The notes under the pieces were generated by a model. The model was not told where the DNA came from, did not search any database, and saw only the letters and a list, made by a program, of their open reading frames with translations. Position numbers and translations under genes: made by a program. A stretch of DNA of 64,000 nt from Eledone cirrhosa (lineage: Eukaryota): assembly GCA_964016885.1 (NCBI GenBank), contig OZ024745.1, positions 133,858,001-133,922,000 on the forward strand, given 5' to 3'. Shown here one piece after another: positions 12,651 through 25,913 of this stretch. Position 1 is the first letter of the stretch; every line of letters starts with the position of its first letter.

Positions 12651-13557
12651 ATGCTATCAGCACGAAAAACAATTACTTAATTAGTCAAAGCATATTTAAT
12701 GCAATGAATATTAAAAATCTAACTAAAAGTAATTATATAAAGTGGAACAGCCAATATTATCAGTGACACTATTTTAATTATCTCACGATATATCGTAGAT
12801 AGCCTGGACTACATGTCTAGTAGTTTCCCCTAACTAAAGTAATGGTGAGAGGATCGGTAAGTAAATGTATAAAGTTGTCTATGTTTATAATCACCGTTTA
12901 AAGAAAATGATATTTTAGAATATTAAATTATTCATTTGGCAAATTAATTCAAATTATTGACTAATATTACTTTTTCACTCAATATGTTAAAACAAATTTT
13001 TAAAATATTTCATCAAGTTGCTAAAGTAGGCGTTTAGGTAGCATTGGGAAGTCGCTTCAGTGAGATTATCTCTGAGACAAGAAGATTAAATCTGCAGCAA
13101 TACGCTAACAATTCAATATTGTTATTTCACTAATTGCCTCTGCTAAATTCTTGCAAAAATATAACCATCTACAAATTCTATTTCTGTCAAGCTGAACCAT
13201 TTTGCTTAATACCAGCATTTTAATATAACTTACAGGGGATATTGTTGAGAATTTATTGTCAAATTAAATATATCATATTAGTATAAATCTCAGAATACAC
13301 TTTCTCCCAAGAATTATATAGTATTTTTAATCTATAACGGCCATGTCTATATTTAAAACCAAGTGTTTGGAATATGTGAATCTATAATTCTAAGCTGATT
13401 AAGGAAAATAATGTACATCAAAATATGATTGCAATGTCAAATACCAACTTGTATTTCGAATACCAATTAAAATACAAGCTAAAATATCTTACCCCAGAGT
13501 CCCAATACATAAATTAATTGATCAAGTTTTTCACATAACATTATTTCTATTAACAAA

Positions 13558-13746
13558 GGGCGGTGGATTGGCAGTATCGGTAGAGGGTCGGACGCCATGC
13601 TTTCCAGCATAGTTACGTCCCTTTACGATCTGAGTTCAAATCCCGCCGAGGTTGACTTTGCCTTTCATCCTACGGGGTCGATAAAATAAAGTACCAGCAA
13701 TGCACTGGGTAATTGCTGGCCTTGTGCCTAAAGTAGAAACAATTAT
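13558..13746 (+). mobile_element. SINE family A, full length
   Basis: GGGCGGTGGATTGGCAGTATCGG...GAGTTCAAATCC...AGTAGAAACAATTAT. Confidence 0.88.
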
Positions 13747-14707
13747 ATGTCTATTGTCAACAAAGAAATGCTTATTAGATTAATGAGTTCCATATCCAAA
13801 CTGATTATATTTCATTACTAGGTATTTTAACGTATTAGCTAACTAAACATATTACATTTCTTTGTACTATTGTATTTTTGACATGATGCTTCGTGTAATA
13901 CTTGCGAGAAACCTAACTACAGATGCGAATCAAGGCTTAGGGAGCTATGTTTTGGTTGGTAATGTGTTTTGGGTGTTCTTGTGTGTGGACATAACGTGCC
14001 ACCATTAAAGCAAAGTCAATATACTAGTAATTATGATATAAAAAAAGGAATTCGAAGAAATATTTTATTGAAAATAAAATAAATGAACTAAAATGAAATA
14101 AAACAAATCCAATAATATCGGCATTTGAGGTCGGTATGAATACATCTCATCAATATCTGACATAATTAAAGGCTTAAACATTTGTTTAACATCAAAACAG
14201 GCATTAAGTTAACATGCTTTAAATATTACTGTCATTTAATCAATATGAGCTATTAGGATTCCACATTGCCAAAATTTCAAAACAGGTTCAATGAAACATA
14301 TTTCATTGAAAAGAGTAAAGTATTTGTGAGACACATTTCACTTCGTGTGACATCATAACAGGACAAGTATGTTCACTAACAAACTAGAAGTGATACATGA
14401 CATTGTCGAAAGAGACGACTCAGTTGGTGAACGATTTCTTGGAATAGGATAATAGTAATTCTGAATAAATATATTTCAAACCCTGCCTTTATATTCTTTC
14501 CAACAAAAATACTTGGTTAAAAGGAAGGTTCCCCTACATGACCGTAATCTAATACGGGAAATAAATAAAAGATAAACGGATATATTTATTTATTCTTCAG
14601 TTCAATGTTATTCCTTCCTTCTACATTCTGAATGTAATAGGTTGTTACCACTTTCATCACATTGTTAATATATAGACAAAATGATCTTAATTATATTGGT
14701 GAAAACA

Positions 14708-14928
14708 GGGCTGTGAATTGGCAGTATCGGTAGAAGGAAGGACGCCATGCTTTGCAGCATAGAGTTACGGCCCTTTATGATCTGAGTTCAAATCCCGCCG
14801 AGGTTAACTTTGCCTTTCATCCTCACGGGGTCTATAAAATAAAGTATCAGTCACGCACTGGGGTCGATTTAATCAAATTTCCCCTCCCCCATAATTGCTG
14901 ACCGTGTGCCGATATAAGAACCATTATT
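14708..14928 (+). mobile_element. SINE family A, long variant with GGGGTCGATTTAATC insert
   Basis: Same head and core; the extra segment is shared with the 1624 copy. Confidence 0.85.
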
Positions 14929-15934
14929 GTGGATTTTATACAATTTTTGCCGGGCAGTTTAGGTGAGAGGAGTAAATGAAGGAGGCGAATCTCTGATAGA
15001 TTGTTTCAGTAAGGATTCGGCTGTCGCCAGCTTTCACTGGATACAAAATATATAGTTATATAGGTACATATACATATACACAGCGGGAGGTACTTGGATA
15101 ATCCGAATATTCTTATTTAGACATTCGTTAGCTAGTACTAAATAATAAACCTTATCTTCAGCATTGAAATATATCAGAATAATTATAAATCAAACTTAGA
15201 TAAAAGAAATTCAATTTTCCAACTCCATTAATTCACCCCACCCCCCACCCCCAAAGGACCTCTTTCGTCCTTTCTTTCTTACACGAGGTTATTAAAGCTA
15301 TACAATATTGTACTTCGTCTTACTGTTCATCTTTCGTGAAATTCTCCTGAAAGACTAAAGCTGAGAATATTTACTTAAATTTAATTAATTACCTTTGCAT
15401 ATATTGGCAACTGTTTTGTTTGGAAATACATCACAAATAAAAGCATTAGCAATATTGATCGGCAGGCTTTGAAACCAGTTAAAATTAGCATGTTTTCAAG
15501 GTTTTAATCAAATTAAAATATTGAAAGTTTCAGGTGGCAATCAAAGAAATTAAATTAAGTTTATTTCAGAAATGTTTACAGTTACAAGAAAAAGCAAAGG
15601 ACTTTTTCATGAGAGAGAAAAATAACTTCTTGTGTTTGATTCTACAGTAAATGAGCAGAAAACAGAAAAATTCTTAGAAATCACAAGGTTTAGAAAATTA
15701 TTTAATTAATGATTCGGAATCTCCCCGGCCACCCGTAGTTTTGTCTTTCTTCTGCCACTCGTCAATTAGTTTTTCAGTTCAGATGTTAACAATTTGAAAT
15801 TTCTGAAAACTGGTAACAGTAAAAAGAAATAACTTAATTTTAAATCGTATTTTCTGTTGTAAAGTGATAATGATGTGTAAAGTCCACTTCAATAAGACAT
15901 TTCCCTATTATTGTTATCTAAAATTGACATAAGG

Positions 15935-16125
15935 ATCGATCGACTTTCGTCAAATCGGACCGAGAAAACAATGTTTCCGTTGGTCTTTCCAGTTGCTAGT
16001 ACTATCCATCGGTCGCAACTCCAGGTAGAAGGAACAACGTGAAATAAAGGGTCTTACTGAAGGAATAACGCACAACCTCAAGATTTCGAATCCAATTCTC
16101 TAACCACTCAGCCACACGCCTTCAC
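15935..16125 (-). mobile_element. SINE family B (tRNA-derived), internally deleted
   Basis: Reverse complement matches the head (TGAAGGCGTGTGGCT..TGGTTAGAGAATTGGATTCG) and 3' part (GAAACATTGTTT..CTCGGTCCGATTTGAC) of 17368-17622. Confidence 0.75.
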
Positions 16126-16679
16126 AAAATTGACATAGAACCACGTAATATTTAGGAATGTACATAATCTTTTGAATCAACCATGATATATAGTAAGTAT
16201 ATAGAACATGTAGAAAAATCAATGATAAAGACATGTGTATTCACCCCACTTATCATAGCCTGAAGTTGAAGTATTCAGAAGTAATCCAGCAACATTTCAA
16301 ATAAGTTACAATATATTTGGTTAGCGGCAACTAAAATACTGCAATGTCTCTTTTATAATAGTTGAATGAAACAAAGGAGGTCTTTTAAGATCAGCTATGC
16401 GTTGAATAAAAATCCCTAAGGCAGTTAATACATGTCATTGACAGGAATCTGCTTATAGGACATTAATCAGTTGTGTATCTACGGAATTAAACTGTCGGTT
16501 CAATAACAAAAGATTTCAGTTCTCGTAGTCTCAATCAAGTCATTCTGACATTAGCCTCTCCTTTACATATTTTCTAAACAATGACTAACTATAGCTGGAA
16601 TCCCAGTTAATAGTTATAAGGGAAAGTGACTAAAATGGTGTGGTCAAATTGTTCTACAGAGACAATTTACTAGATGATT

Positions 16680-19358
16680 TATTTAATTGTTATACAATGA
16701 CAAAAAGAAATCCCTCCGTTGGCTATATATGAACAGAATGAAGCTACACTGGGACGAAATACACCCAGAGCTAAATCACTTCACAGCGAAACAATTACGC
16801 CACAAGCAACGTTTGTTGACTGTAAAAATAACAAATATTATTCATTGTAAGTCCCCCAGAACAAACATAGAATCAACAACACGTGTTACAGGTCGACATC
16901 TTACTAGACTTTCTCGCAGCCAGGCTGAACATTAACAGACGACAGCAATACACAAACAGTCCCTTGAAACAACTAAACGGTAAGAAATTTGACACCACAT
17001 ATATCAACTGATTCTACCTCAACTGTTGGGGAAAACACTATTAATAATCATACATCTGCCACTGGCTTGGATAATCAAGAACATAAATAATGAGACCTTT
17101 CAGAGAGAAATTAATTCATGTATAAACATTTCTCTCGCAGAATGTAATAAAACAACAATACTAAACAAAATGAAACCAAATAATGGAATCTTACGTGCCA
17201 TTGAGGAAATTGGGGATGAATATTTACGACGAATTAAACCCCCAATATTTTGGCAAATCAACGTCTGTTTATATGCCCTAGCAACGACAGTGAAACATTA
17301 TCTTGGTGATAGCAGAGATATTAACAAGAACAAAACAACACCAAAAATACCATCGTATATTATTTATTGAAGGCGCGTGGCTCTGGTTAGAGAATTGGAT
17401 TCGCAATCGTGAGGTTGTGATTTCGATTCCCGGACCGGGCGATGCGTTTTCTACTTGATCAAGACACTATATTTCGTGATGGTCTTTCTTCCTGGATTTG
17501 CGACCGATAGAGAGTATTAACAATTGGAAAGACCAATAGAAACATTGTTTCCTCGGTCCGATTTGACAAGCTCCACCCCACCCGTTAAGCGAATGAGGTC
17601 TGGGATCTTGTCAATCGACTGTCAATATTACAAAAATAGAAAAACAGATTGCTGACCTACGGATATGTGGCAATGCTTCTTACATGCAAACAACAATAAA
17701 AATAATACAGTCCTCACCACCAAAGAGTAAAAAATAAAATAGAAACGGTGTTTAGAGACTGTACAAACAGAACACTTCAATATAAGCTGATCACACTCAG
17801 ACAAGAACTAAGATCTGTCAACGAGAAACTTCGATACCAGAAGAGCGTAGATGAGAGAAAAGTAATTAATAAAAGATTCAGACGAAACCACATATCAGTC
17901 TATATAGATATGAAAGGCAAAGTAATAAATGTCACTGAGGCCCCATCCCAGAAAAACATAGATTCTTTTTGGAGAAAAATATAGGGTGAAAAGAAGAATT
18001 TCAACTAGGATGCTGTGTGGCTAAAAGAAATCCAAAAGAACTACTGCCCCTACACTGTAACAAAAACATACGAAATAAATGAGGATACCCTTGAGACTGT
18101 GATAGGAAAACTCCAAGATAAGACAACACCAGGAAGAGACTTGAGTGTTGGCTACTGGTACAAGAAACTGATATTCTATCGGAGGTATCTTACCGACCTC
18201 TACCAATAAGTTCTTATGGGAGATACACTTATACCAGAATGGTTGACATTAGCACAAACATTACTGGTCCCCAAGAACAAAGACACTCACTTGGCAAAAA
18301 ACTACCGACCCATTGCATACCAGAACCTGATGTATAGGATGTATACAGCCTGCCGGAACCATAATCACTGTGAAAATAATAACATCATCACAGATGAACA
18401 AGCAGCTGGAAAGAAAGGTGTTTGAGATGTGCTGAACAACTCCTAATTAACAAAACTGCGAAGTCAGAACTTATCCTCTTCTTGGGCTACTATCCTAAAG
18501 TCAAAAACAGAAAACGAGGACTCTATTTTCACTGATAAAATAGAATATCACAATAAAACAGTGGCTCACAATGTGTTTGCTCTGCCTGTCCTAACACCAA
18601 ACGTTTGGAATATTCGATTGTACGATAGACGAAATCCGAGCAATTGATGTTAAAACTAGAAAAATTCTTAACAACACCGGAAACTTCGACATCAACAGTG
18701 ACATAGACCACCTCTACTTGAAATGTAAGCAAAGAAGCAGAGGCCTAACATCAGTTCAGACAGCATTGGAGTGTCGCATCATATCCCTCCGAGATTTACG
18801 AGCCTCTAAGCGTAGGAGCCCATCTATTGAGCAAGAGTATCTGCATGAGACAGATAAGATTATGAGAGTTGGAAAGGAGCTCCTTGAAAGATATTCCCTA
18901 CATGATAATCAAAAACTCACACCCAGGGAAATTGCCCGGCAATACTGCAGGGAATTCATGGATGAAAAACTGCATGCTTATCAGCAAAACATCATGCATG
19001 GATATGATGCCAGGAGAACCCAGATTAAGAGTAATATAGATAAAGAAAGTAGTCTATCTTGGACCAACAACCGCTATATTGGCTCCAACTTTGAAGGTTA
19101 TGCTTTTTCAAACTAAGAACGGGAAATCAACACAAGATACCTGATTCACAAAAGAGATAGGGGTGCAGGCAAAACACAAGAGCAGACTCTGCAAAATTAA
19201 CATCAAAGATGTCACCCATGTCATCAGCAGCTGTCCAAAGATGTCATCGCGGTAATATCTACCTATGAGGCATGATGTAGTGCCCAAAAACTGTACAATG
19301 CAATCCATAGAAAAGATAGCCCCGACAATAAACACATTAAAAGCTACAGCAATGTGAA
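16680..19358 (+). pseudogene. Degenerate R4/Dong-clade non-LTR retrotransposon (RT plus CCHC/RHD region), internally deleted and SINE-interrupted
   Basis: WLTLAQTLLVPKNKDTHLAKNYRPIA, ITDEQAAGKKGV..CAEQLLINK, DIDHLYLKCKQRSRGL, HVISSCPKMSS..YLPMRHDVV; many stops and frameshifts. Confidence 0.8.
17368..17622 (+). mobile_element. SINE family B inserted in the R4-like LINE
   Basis: tRNA-like head with A box (TGGCTC.TGG) and B box (TTCGATTCC), then CTTGATCAAGACACT; interrupts the LINE reading frame. Confidence 0.8.
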
Positions 19359-19359
19359 A

Positions 19360-19496
19360 GACATACATACATACATACATACATACATACATACATACAT
19401 GCATACATGCATACATACATACATACATACATACATACATACATACATACATACATACATACATACATACATACATACATACATACATACATACAT
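19360..19496. repeat. (CATA)n tetranucleotide microsatellite
   Basis: Directly visible. Confidence 0.95.
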
Positions 19497-20273
19497 GATG
19501 GCTGCCCCCTCGTTATCGGGTACGGCCATTGCACGATATACCATTATTAATAATTATTAATTAATTCTATCGTGCGTGAAGATATTGTTTAAAGTGAGGA
19601 TAGACTGTGCACTGAGCCAATCCCACTCGCTGATCGACAGTAGCTATAACCTGAAAAGAAAGAAAGATCAACATCATCGGTAACTACTGAGCCGCAGGTT
19701 TTATATCGGAGTTATCCCAGTTTCCTGAGTTGCCTTCTCCTAGAAGAATGCCCTGACAGAGGCTAGGGGTCCTTCACTCCCGCGCGATCGGGTATCCAGC
19801 CTGACTATTTCTATGTCACCGCGCATATACATACACATGCACCCATGTATATACATACATGATGGCTGCAACTCAATTTCGTGTAATGCCAGGGACTTGC
19901 CTATGGCTAGCAATACCACTCTCTTAATATTGAATATAAGTCGCAGGTTTTATATCAGAGTGACCCTCTCCTAGAGAGATGTCTTAATGAAGACTAGGAG
20001 TCTCTTACTCCACAGTAAAAACAAAACTTCATTGGATGGACGTTGGCTCTCCTGAATTCCTCCGCCATTTTACGGGTTTTGTTTTTCATCCCGCAGGGTG
20101 TCCAAAATCACCTCCCTCACCAAGCAAGCATGGTGGCATTGCTGATTTAGTAACCGACGACCCGACCATGCACAGGTTGTACTGGGTTACATGTTGCCAG
20201 TAGCGCTGAAGAGCGACCTGACATAATACATACATATATGACAGTTGTCTACTCATCATAGAGCTTGACCACC

Positions 20274-20465
20274 TCAGTGTACATGGGGCTCAGTTTTGGC
20301 ATGAGAACCTGTGTGGCCTTTTAATCCAGACATACTTTTAAAGTATTGTCCACATAAATTGCACTTTATATTCGGAGTAGCCTCAACTGCATGAGTTGTC
20401 TGATCTTGATGAAACTTGAAATGTCTCTTTAGACGTCTTTCAGATTTGCATATTTTGTGACACAT
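20274..20465 (-). pseudogene. Two C2H2 zinc-finger-like motifs, probably the C-terminus of an RTE-type LINE
   Basis: C..CKSERRLKRHFKFH and CNLCGQYFKSMSGLKGHTGSH; no TGEKP linker; truncated by a 71-bp tandem repeat. Confidence 0.55.
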
Positions 20466-20820
20466 TGATAAGTGTGATCTGGTTGATATGTTCTGAGGTC
20501 AGTAGGGAGTGTCCTATGGTGTAACACATGTGGCATTGAGAAGTGTGATCTGGTTGTTATGTTCTAAGGTCAGTAGGGAGTGTCCTATGGTGTAACACAT
20601 GTGGCATTAAGAAGTGTGATCTGGTTGTTATATTCTAAGGTCAGTAGGGAGTGTCCTATGGTGTAACACATGTGGCATTAAGAAGTGTGATATGGTTGTT
20701 ATGTTCTAAGGTCAGTAGGGAGTGTCCTATGGTGTGACATGTGGCATTGATAAATGTGATCTGGTTGGTATGTTCTGAGGTCAGTAGGAAATTCCTATGG
20801 TGTGACATGTGGCATTGATA
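20465..20820. repeat. 71-bp tandem repeat, about 5 copies
   Basis: AGTGTGATCTGG recurs at 20471, 20542 and 20613, with variant copies after that. Confidence 0.93.
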
Positions 20821-20961
20821 CATATACATACATATACATACATACACATATACATACATACACATATACATACATACACATATATATACATATATATATA
20901 TATATCAAATATGGAAAAAGCAAGCAAGTTAAGAAAAAAATTCATTGAACCAAACTCAGTA

Positions 20962-21022
20962 TAAGTTGGACACCCTGTAGGAATGTATATATCTATAGTT
21001 GTAGTTGTATCTATACGTGCGT

Positions 21023-21074
<52 letters not shown>

Positions 21075-21150
21075 TGAAGCAGTATACATATCTCCACGCA
21101 AGTATAGATACAATTATAGATATATACATTCTTACAGGGTGTCCAACTTA
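20962..21150. repeat. Inverted repeat (about 60-bp arms) around (TA)n, with mariner-like TA-CAGGGTGTCC ends facing outward
   Basis: 20962-21025 is an imperfect reverse complement of 21093-21150. Confidence 0.75.
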
Positions 21151-21636
21151 ATAATGAATATCTGTACCAAACACAATTCACTAAATGCCGTGAATCACGA
21201 AAGAATAACACAAGAGGCGGAGTATCGTTGATATTTCATAGTTTTATACTTTATTTTCGTTGCATTTTCACTAAATAAATGACTTGTACATAATGACAGG
21301 ATTTAAGATGCTTCATTACGCAATTGTTAACAGATGACTGGTGAAATTATCTAGATGTCTATCGAACCAAATTATGAACTGGCATCTGATTGTTTGTTTA
21401 ATTGAATCTCCAAAAAAGCTGCTGGTGCGATGAAACTAATCGTTGCCTCTAAGTGATGTAGTTAGTATTAGCTGTGGTTTATTTCGGTAATATTGTTCTA
21501 AACGTTAATGGTTCGGTGTTATAATTAAACGACAGTAATAACAGATAATGTGGCTACACAGAGAAAAGAAGAGAAAGCCTGAGGTTATATTGAAAACAAT
21601 AGAACCATCATACCAATATGTTATATATATATACCA

Positions 21637-21668
<32 letters not shown>

Positions 21669-21669
<1 letters not shown>

Positions 21670-21788
21670 CGAAGGAAGTGTGGTAAGGAACCGGGTGGAC
21701 CATAACGCACCAGAGTACTCAATACTTAGGGTAGTAGAGTGGGTAATAGGCTTGAGCTCTGTCGTCGGGGTCTTGAACAATTTCCTAT
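21669..21788 (-). mobile_element. Miniature PLE terminus, same family as 3092-3261
   Basis: 21670-21750 is the reverse complement of the 3180-3260 tail, followed by an oppositely oriented CTTGAGCTC..GTCGGGGTCTT piece; TA-rich flanks. Confidence 0.7.
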
Positions 21789-22012
21789 ATTTATATATAT
21801 ATGCGAGTGTATATTATATATATATATATACCAGTGTATATATTATATATATATAGACGAGTGTATATATTACATATATATACGAGTGTATATATTATAT
21901 ATATATGAATGTATATATTATATATACGAGTGTATGTGCGTCTGTATATATATACAAATGTATGTGTGCATGTATGTATACAAGTGTATGTGTGTAAGTA
22001 TATATACGAGTG

Positions 22013-22057
<45 letters not shown>

Positions 22058-22128
22058 TACAAGTATGTGTATATATATATTAATATATATATATATATAT
22101 TTATTTATATATTAAAATAACAGATTAA

Positions 22129-22179
22129 AGTTTAAGCAAAGAATCGCTGCTTTCACCCTTAACGGGATCTTCTGAAACT
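22129..22179 (-). ncRNA. Hammerhead-like fold with variant core CAGAAGA
   Basis: Minus strand: AGTTT, CAGAAGA, T-CCC-GTTAA-GGG-T, GAAA, GCA...TGC, T, T, AAACT. All three stems pair, but U4 is replaced by A. Confidence 0.6.
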
Positions 22180-22245
22180 AACACAGTCAATCTGTGAACG
22201 CAGAAATGAATATTTCAAAAAACGTTGCAACCGGAGGAAGATAGG

Positions 22246-22520
22246 GAGACGATACGTTCCCTGGCAAAGAACGGGAAAAAACGAATATAATACGTCATTA
22301 TTTGGAGCGGTGAAAAACAATTACACGCAATGACAGAACCACGTTTATGGTATAAAAGAGGTCGTAGACTAATATTCTATTAGGTGGTTCATAGAGACGT
22401 TCTCTGGCAATGAACGGAGAAAACGAAGATAATACGTCATATGTGCAGCGGGGAGAACAATTGCACGCAAAGACAAAACCACGTAAATGGTATAACTGAA
22501 GTCGTAGACTAAAATTCTAA
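22246..22520. repeat. Diverged direct duplication (about 140 bp) inside the pLTR
   Basis: GTTC.CTGGCAA.GAACGG...ATAATACGTCAT...GTCGTAGACTAA.ATTCTA occurs twice. Confidence 0.85.
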
Positions 22521-23259
22521 CTAGGAAACCGAATGATTCTCGGCTTCAGAGTTAATAATAAAGTAAATAAAATACAGAGGTTATTGAAATTAAATAAATA
22601 CATACACGCATCCATATACGTACATACACAAGCATACGCGAAAACACTCGCCATAGGTATACAAATACACGCACGTACACATTAAAAAAAAAACTGCACG
22701 CACATACAGAACCCACGCAACGCCTGTACCCGCACGCATACGAATGTATACACCAAATACACATAAGAATATATATATAAAAAAATATATATAAATATAT
22801 ATATATATATGTGTGTGTGTGTGCGTGTATACATATAATTAAATAAACGTATATAAATAAATAAATACATATATAACAAGCGCACACACATACCTACATG
22901 TAAATACACTTATGTTCGGAGACGTACGTCAACCAAAACACGAAGTACACATATACACACACCCTACATACGTACGAACCCGCATACTCACACAGACGCA
23001 AAACACACGTATACACAGAACCAAAAGCATATGTACCAGAAAAAATAATATATACGCCATAACATATACAATCAAATATACGTACGAGAAAGTATACGTA
23101 CCTTCACAAAAGATACAGGTAATATATACTTACCTATACAAATAAGTAATGGTATAAACATAACATATACTTAGCTACCACATCAAGACGTAAAATATCC
23201 GCGTAGTTGTACTATCTCTGAGGGTATAATGTGGGGCTGTAATACAGGAAAGTTTTGTG

Positions 23260-25310
23260 CAATTTATGTTTACAAGCCGAAATGCCTCAGATGTTTTGTT
23301 TAAGATGTGGTCTTTGGTGTAGAGTATTTCCAGGGCCTCAACGGCGCAGAGGTCACATGGTCTTTTATTTCCGTTATACGATCTAGCCCTAGCTAGGATC
23401 TCCCAGTGTAACTTATATTGGGTATGTTTGTCTTTTAGACTCCAGATATAAGCTGAAAGTGACTACATATTCCTTCTTAAATGGTAACGAAAAGAATGGG
23501 TATGCATGTAAAGACGCTGCTTGAATCTATTGGCGGTTAACCCTGTGTAGGCCCTACGGGACGTGGGTGTTTCAACCTTACATTTGCAGACAGTGTTACT
23601 AGAGAGGCATTTCCCGGATAGGGAGCAGTCAACCCGATTCCTACAATTACAGTAAGTACTAACTACAGGGTTGCACGTGTTCCTACGGCTAGGTAGTTTA
23701 GATAAATTTGAAGCTGTGATGTTATGTGCAAGGTTAGGAGTCGCAGAGTAAGAGATTTTAATAATATTTCTATTAAAAATGTTACTATATTTATGTGTAG
23801 GGGGAAAATGCTTCATAATAAGAGAGAGAAAGATCTTAGCTAATGGTGTGGCCACCTCCATATTATATGGTGGGTTATACCATATAATGCGTCGGGATCT
23901 ATTTCTTCTAGGTCTATTCTCGTACTCTGTATATGCTACCTTATCGAGAAATCCACTCCGAGCAAGAGCTTCATTGTAATATGTGGAATGGTCGTTGAAA
24001 ATATGCTCGTTAGTAGATAGACGGGAAAGCCTCAAAGAAACGTTTCTTACCAGGTTCTTGGTTATGCTGGCAGGATGGTTAGAATGCTTACTAATGTAAT
24101 TAAACGTATCATTCGGCTTTCTATACGGGTAATGCAAGCCATTCGATAAATTGAGGGTAACGTCGAGGTAATTAATGACCGAGAGGTTGGCCTCAACCTG
24201 TATGGAGAGGTTGAAGCCTTTAAAGAAGGCTGTGAGTTCTTTTCTGAACCTGTCGCAAGCACGTAGGCCGCACTTACTCATGGTCAAAAGACCATCATCA
24301 CGTTGGGGAATTCTTCCTTGATAGAGAAAAGAAGGAACAGGCCGATAAGATCAGTAACCTCCGCAGAATTGCTGGCGCCCATACTCACGTCGAATGGGGT
24401 ACTATTAGATTTTTTAATCCAAATAGAGTCGTCGAAATTAATCACCGACTTACGGGCATTGAGGATAACATCAACTTCGAAATCCTTAACCCCTGTGAGT
24501 GTTTTAGCAAAATGATAGCTCTAAGGAGAAGTGGTAAAGTGATGGAGGAGTAGTAATTATTGATGTCGAATTGGATAAAACGGCAATGTTCCTTGTTGCA
24601 TATGCCGTTAAACCAATCAATCAGCGCGAAAGAATTGTTCCACAGTGCAAGAGGGGCCAAACTTCTAATTTCAGGTATAATTCTATCAAGAATCCTTTTA
24701 CTAAGTCTACCTAAATCGGACTTTGTAGGGTTAATAAGCCGAATAGAGGGGTTGTTCGGAAAATTGGATTTGTGATCCTTCAGGGTAAAGTGGGGAGAGA
24801 TAGGATCCAGAGGTTCAGTCCGGTCCAGGATGTTGAGATCAGAGGTGATTTTAAACCCAGTATCGTTGATTTCATTAATGACGCTCCGATTAGTTTTATG
24901 GTAATCCTTAGTTACAGCATTATGTAGCAGTTGATGGTAAGTACTGCGCTCCACTTGATATAGATTGCCAGTTTTGTCGGAATGGACGTGCAAGGCATTA
25001 GAATCCTTAATAGAACGAATTCTATTCTTCAGGTCCTGCTGGAAGGAATTGCTCCTATTCCGAAAGTTGATACTCCGAATGAGTTCCAAGACATCATTTT
25101 CGAAGGGTAGCAATGCTGGGTTACTCGGAGTGTTATTATAGGTGTTAAACCCAAATTTATCCTGTTTGTTGTCGGCTTTTCCCTGATTATCGAAATAAAA
25201 GGCACGCCAACGCAACCTTTTAATGAACGCGTCTGTTTTCTGTATCGGGAGTTTTAGGTATGTTTTGCTGCTTGGTACGGGTATGTTCTTTGTAGAAATA
25301 TTCAGATGTT
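23260..25310 (-). pseudogene. PLE RT plus GIY-YIG ORF broken by frameshifts and stops (track pieces 24442-25215 and 23463-24287)
   Basis: RWRAFYF, SDKTGNLY, TLKDHK, IRLINPTKSDLGRLSK, QFDINNYYSSI, NYLDVTLNL, WYNPPY, CNC..C.L.GKC, YTG, CDLCAVE. Confidence 0.92.
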
Positions 25311-25474
25311 GTTTCTGCTAAACTTTAATCTGTTATTATAATAAATATTTGCTCTACGGTTCTTATATATTTGATATATATTTATCCCTATCGATCCCTC
25401 TTTGGATTTTAGTCTTCAAATTTATTATTATTACTATATATATTTATATATATACAAATGTATGTATACAACTG

Positions 25475-25515
<41 letters not shown>

Positions 25516-25798
25516 GTGTCTATGTGTGTCTGCATATATAAGAGTATATGTGTGTATGTATATATACAAGTCTATGTGTGTCTGTATATGTACGAGTGTA
25601 TGTGTGTATATGTATATGCTTGTGCCTGTAAGTGTGTGAGTGTAAGTGTGTGAGTAAGTGTTTGTGTAAATATGAGTGTGTGTATGTGTGTGTGATAAAA
25701 TGTGATATGAAGCAGAAGCTACATTATAAATTGATAGATAGTTGTATAGGTAGACATAGAAAGACAGACATACATAGATAGAGACAGGGGGAGGAGGG

Positions 25799-25913
<115 letters not shown>

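Larger units (their letters stand above)
22113..25437 (-). mobile_element. Older Naiad-type PLE with long 3' pLTR and a short inverted terminus carrying the tail
   Basis: Frameshifted RT-EN ORF; 25317-25337 is the reverse complement of about 22116-22138 and continues into a tail of about 100 nt; TA repeats on both flanks. Confidence 0.88.

Noticed and set aside
13558-13660. tRNA gene
   Set aside because: The A and B boxes belong to a multi-copy SINE head; no cloverleaf could be built.
20465-20820. Regular repeats as a CRISPR array (also 12523-12650 and 53783-55682)
   Set aside because: No unique spacers and no cas genes; eukaryotic tandem repeats.
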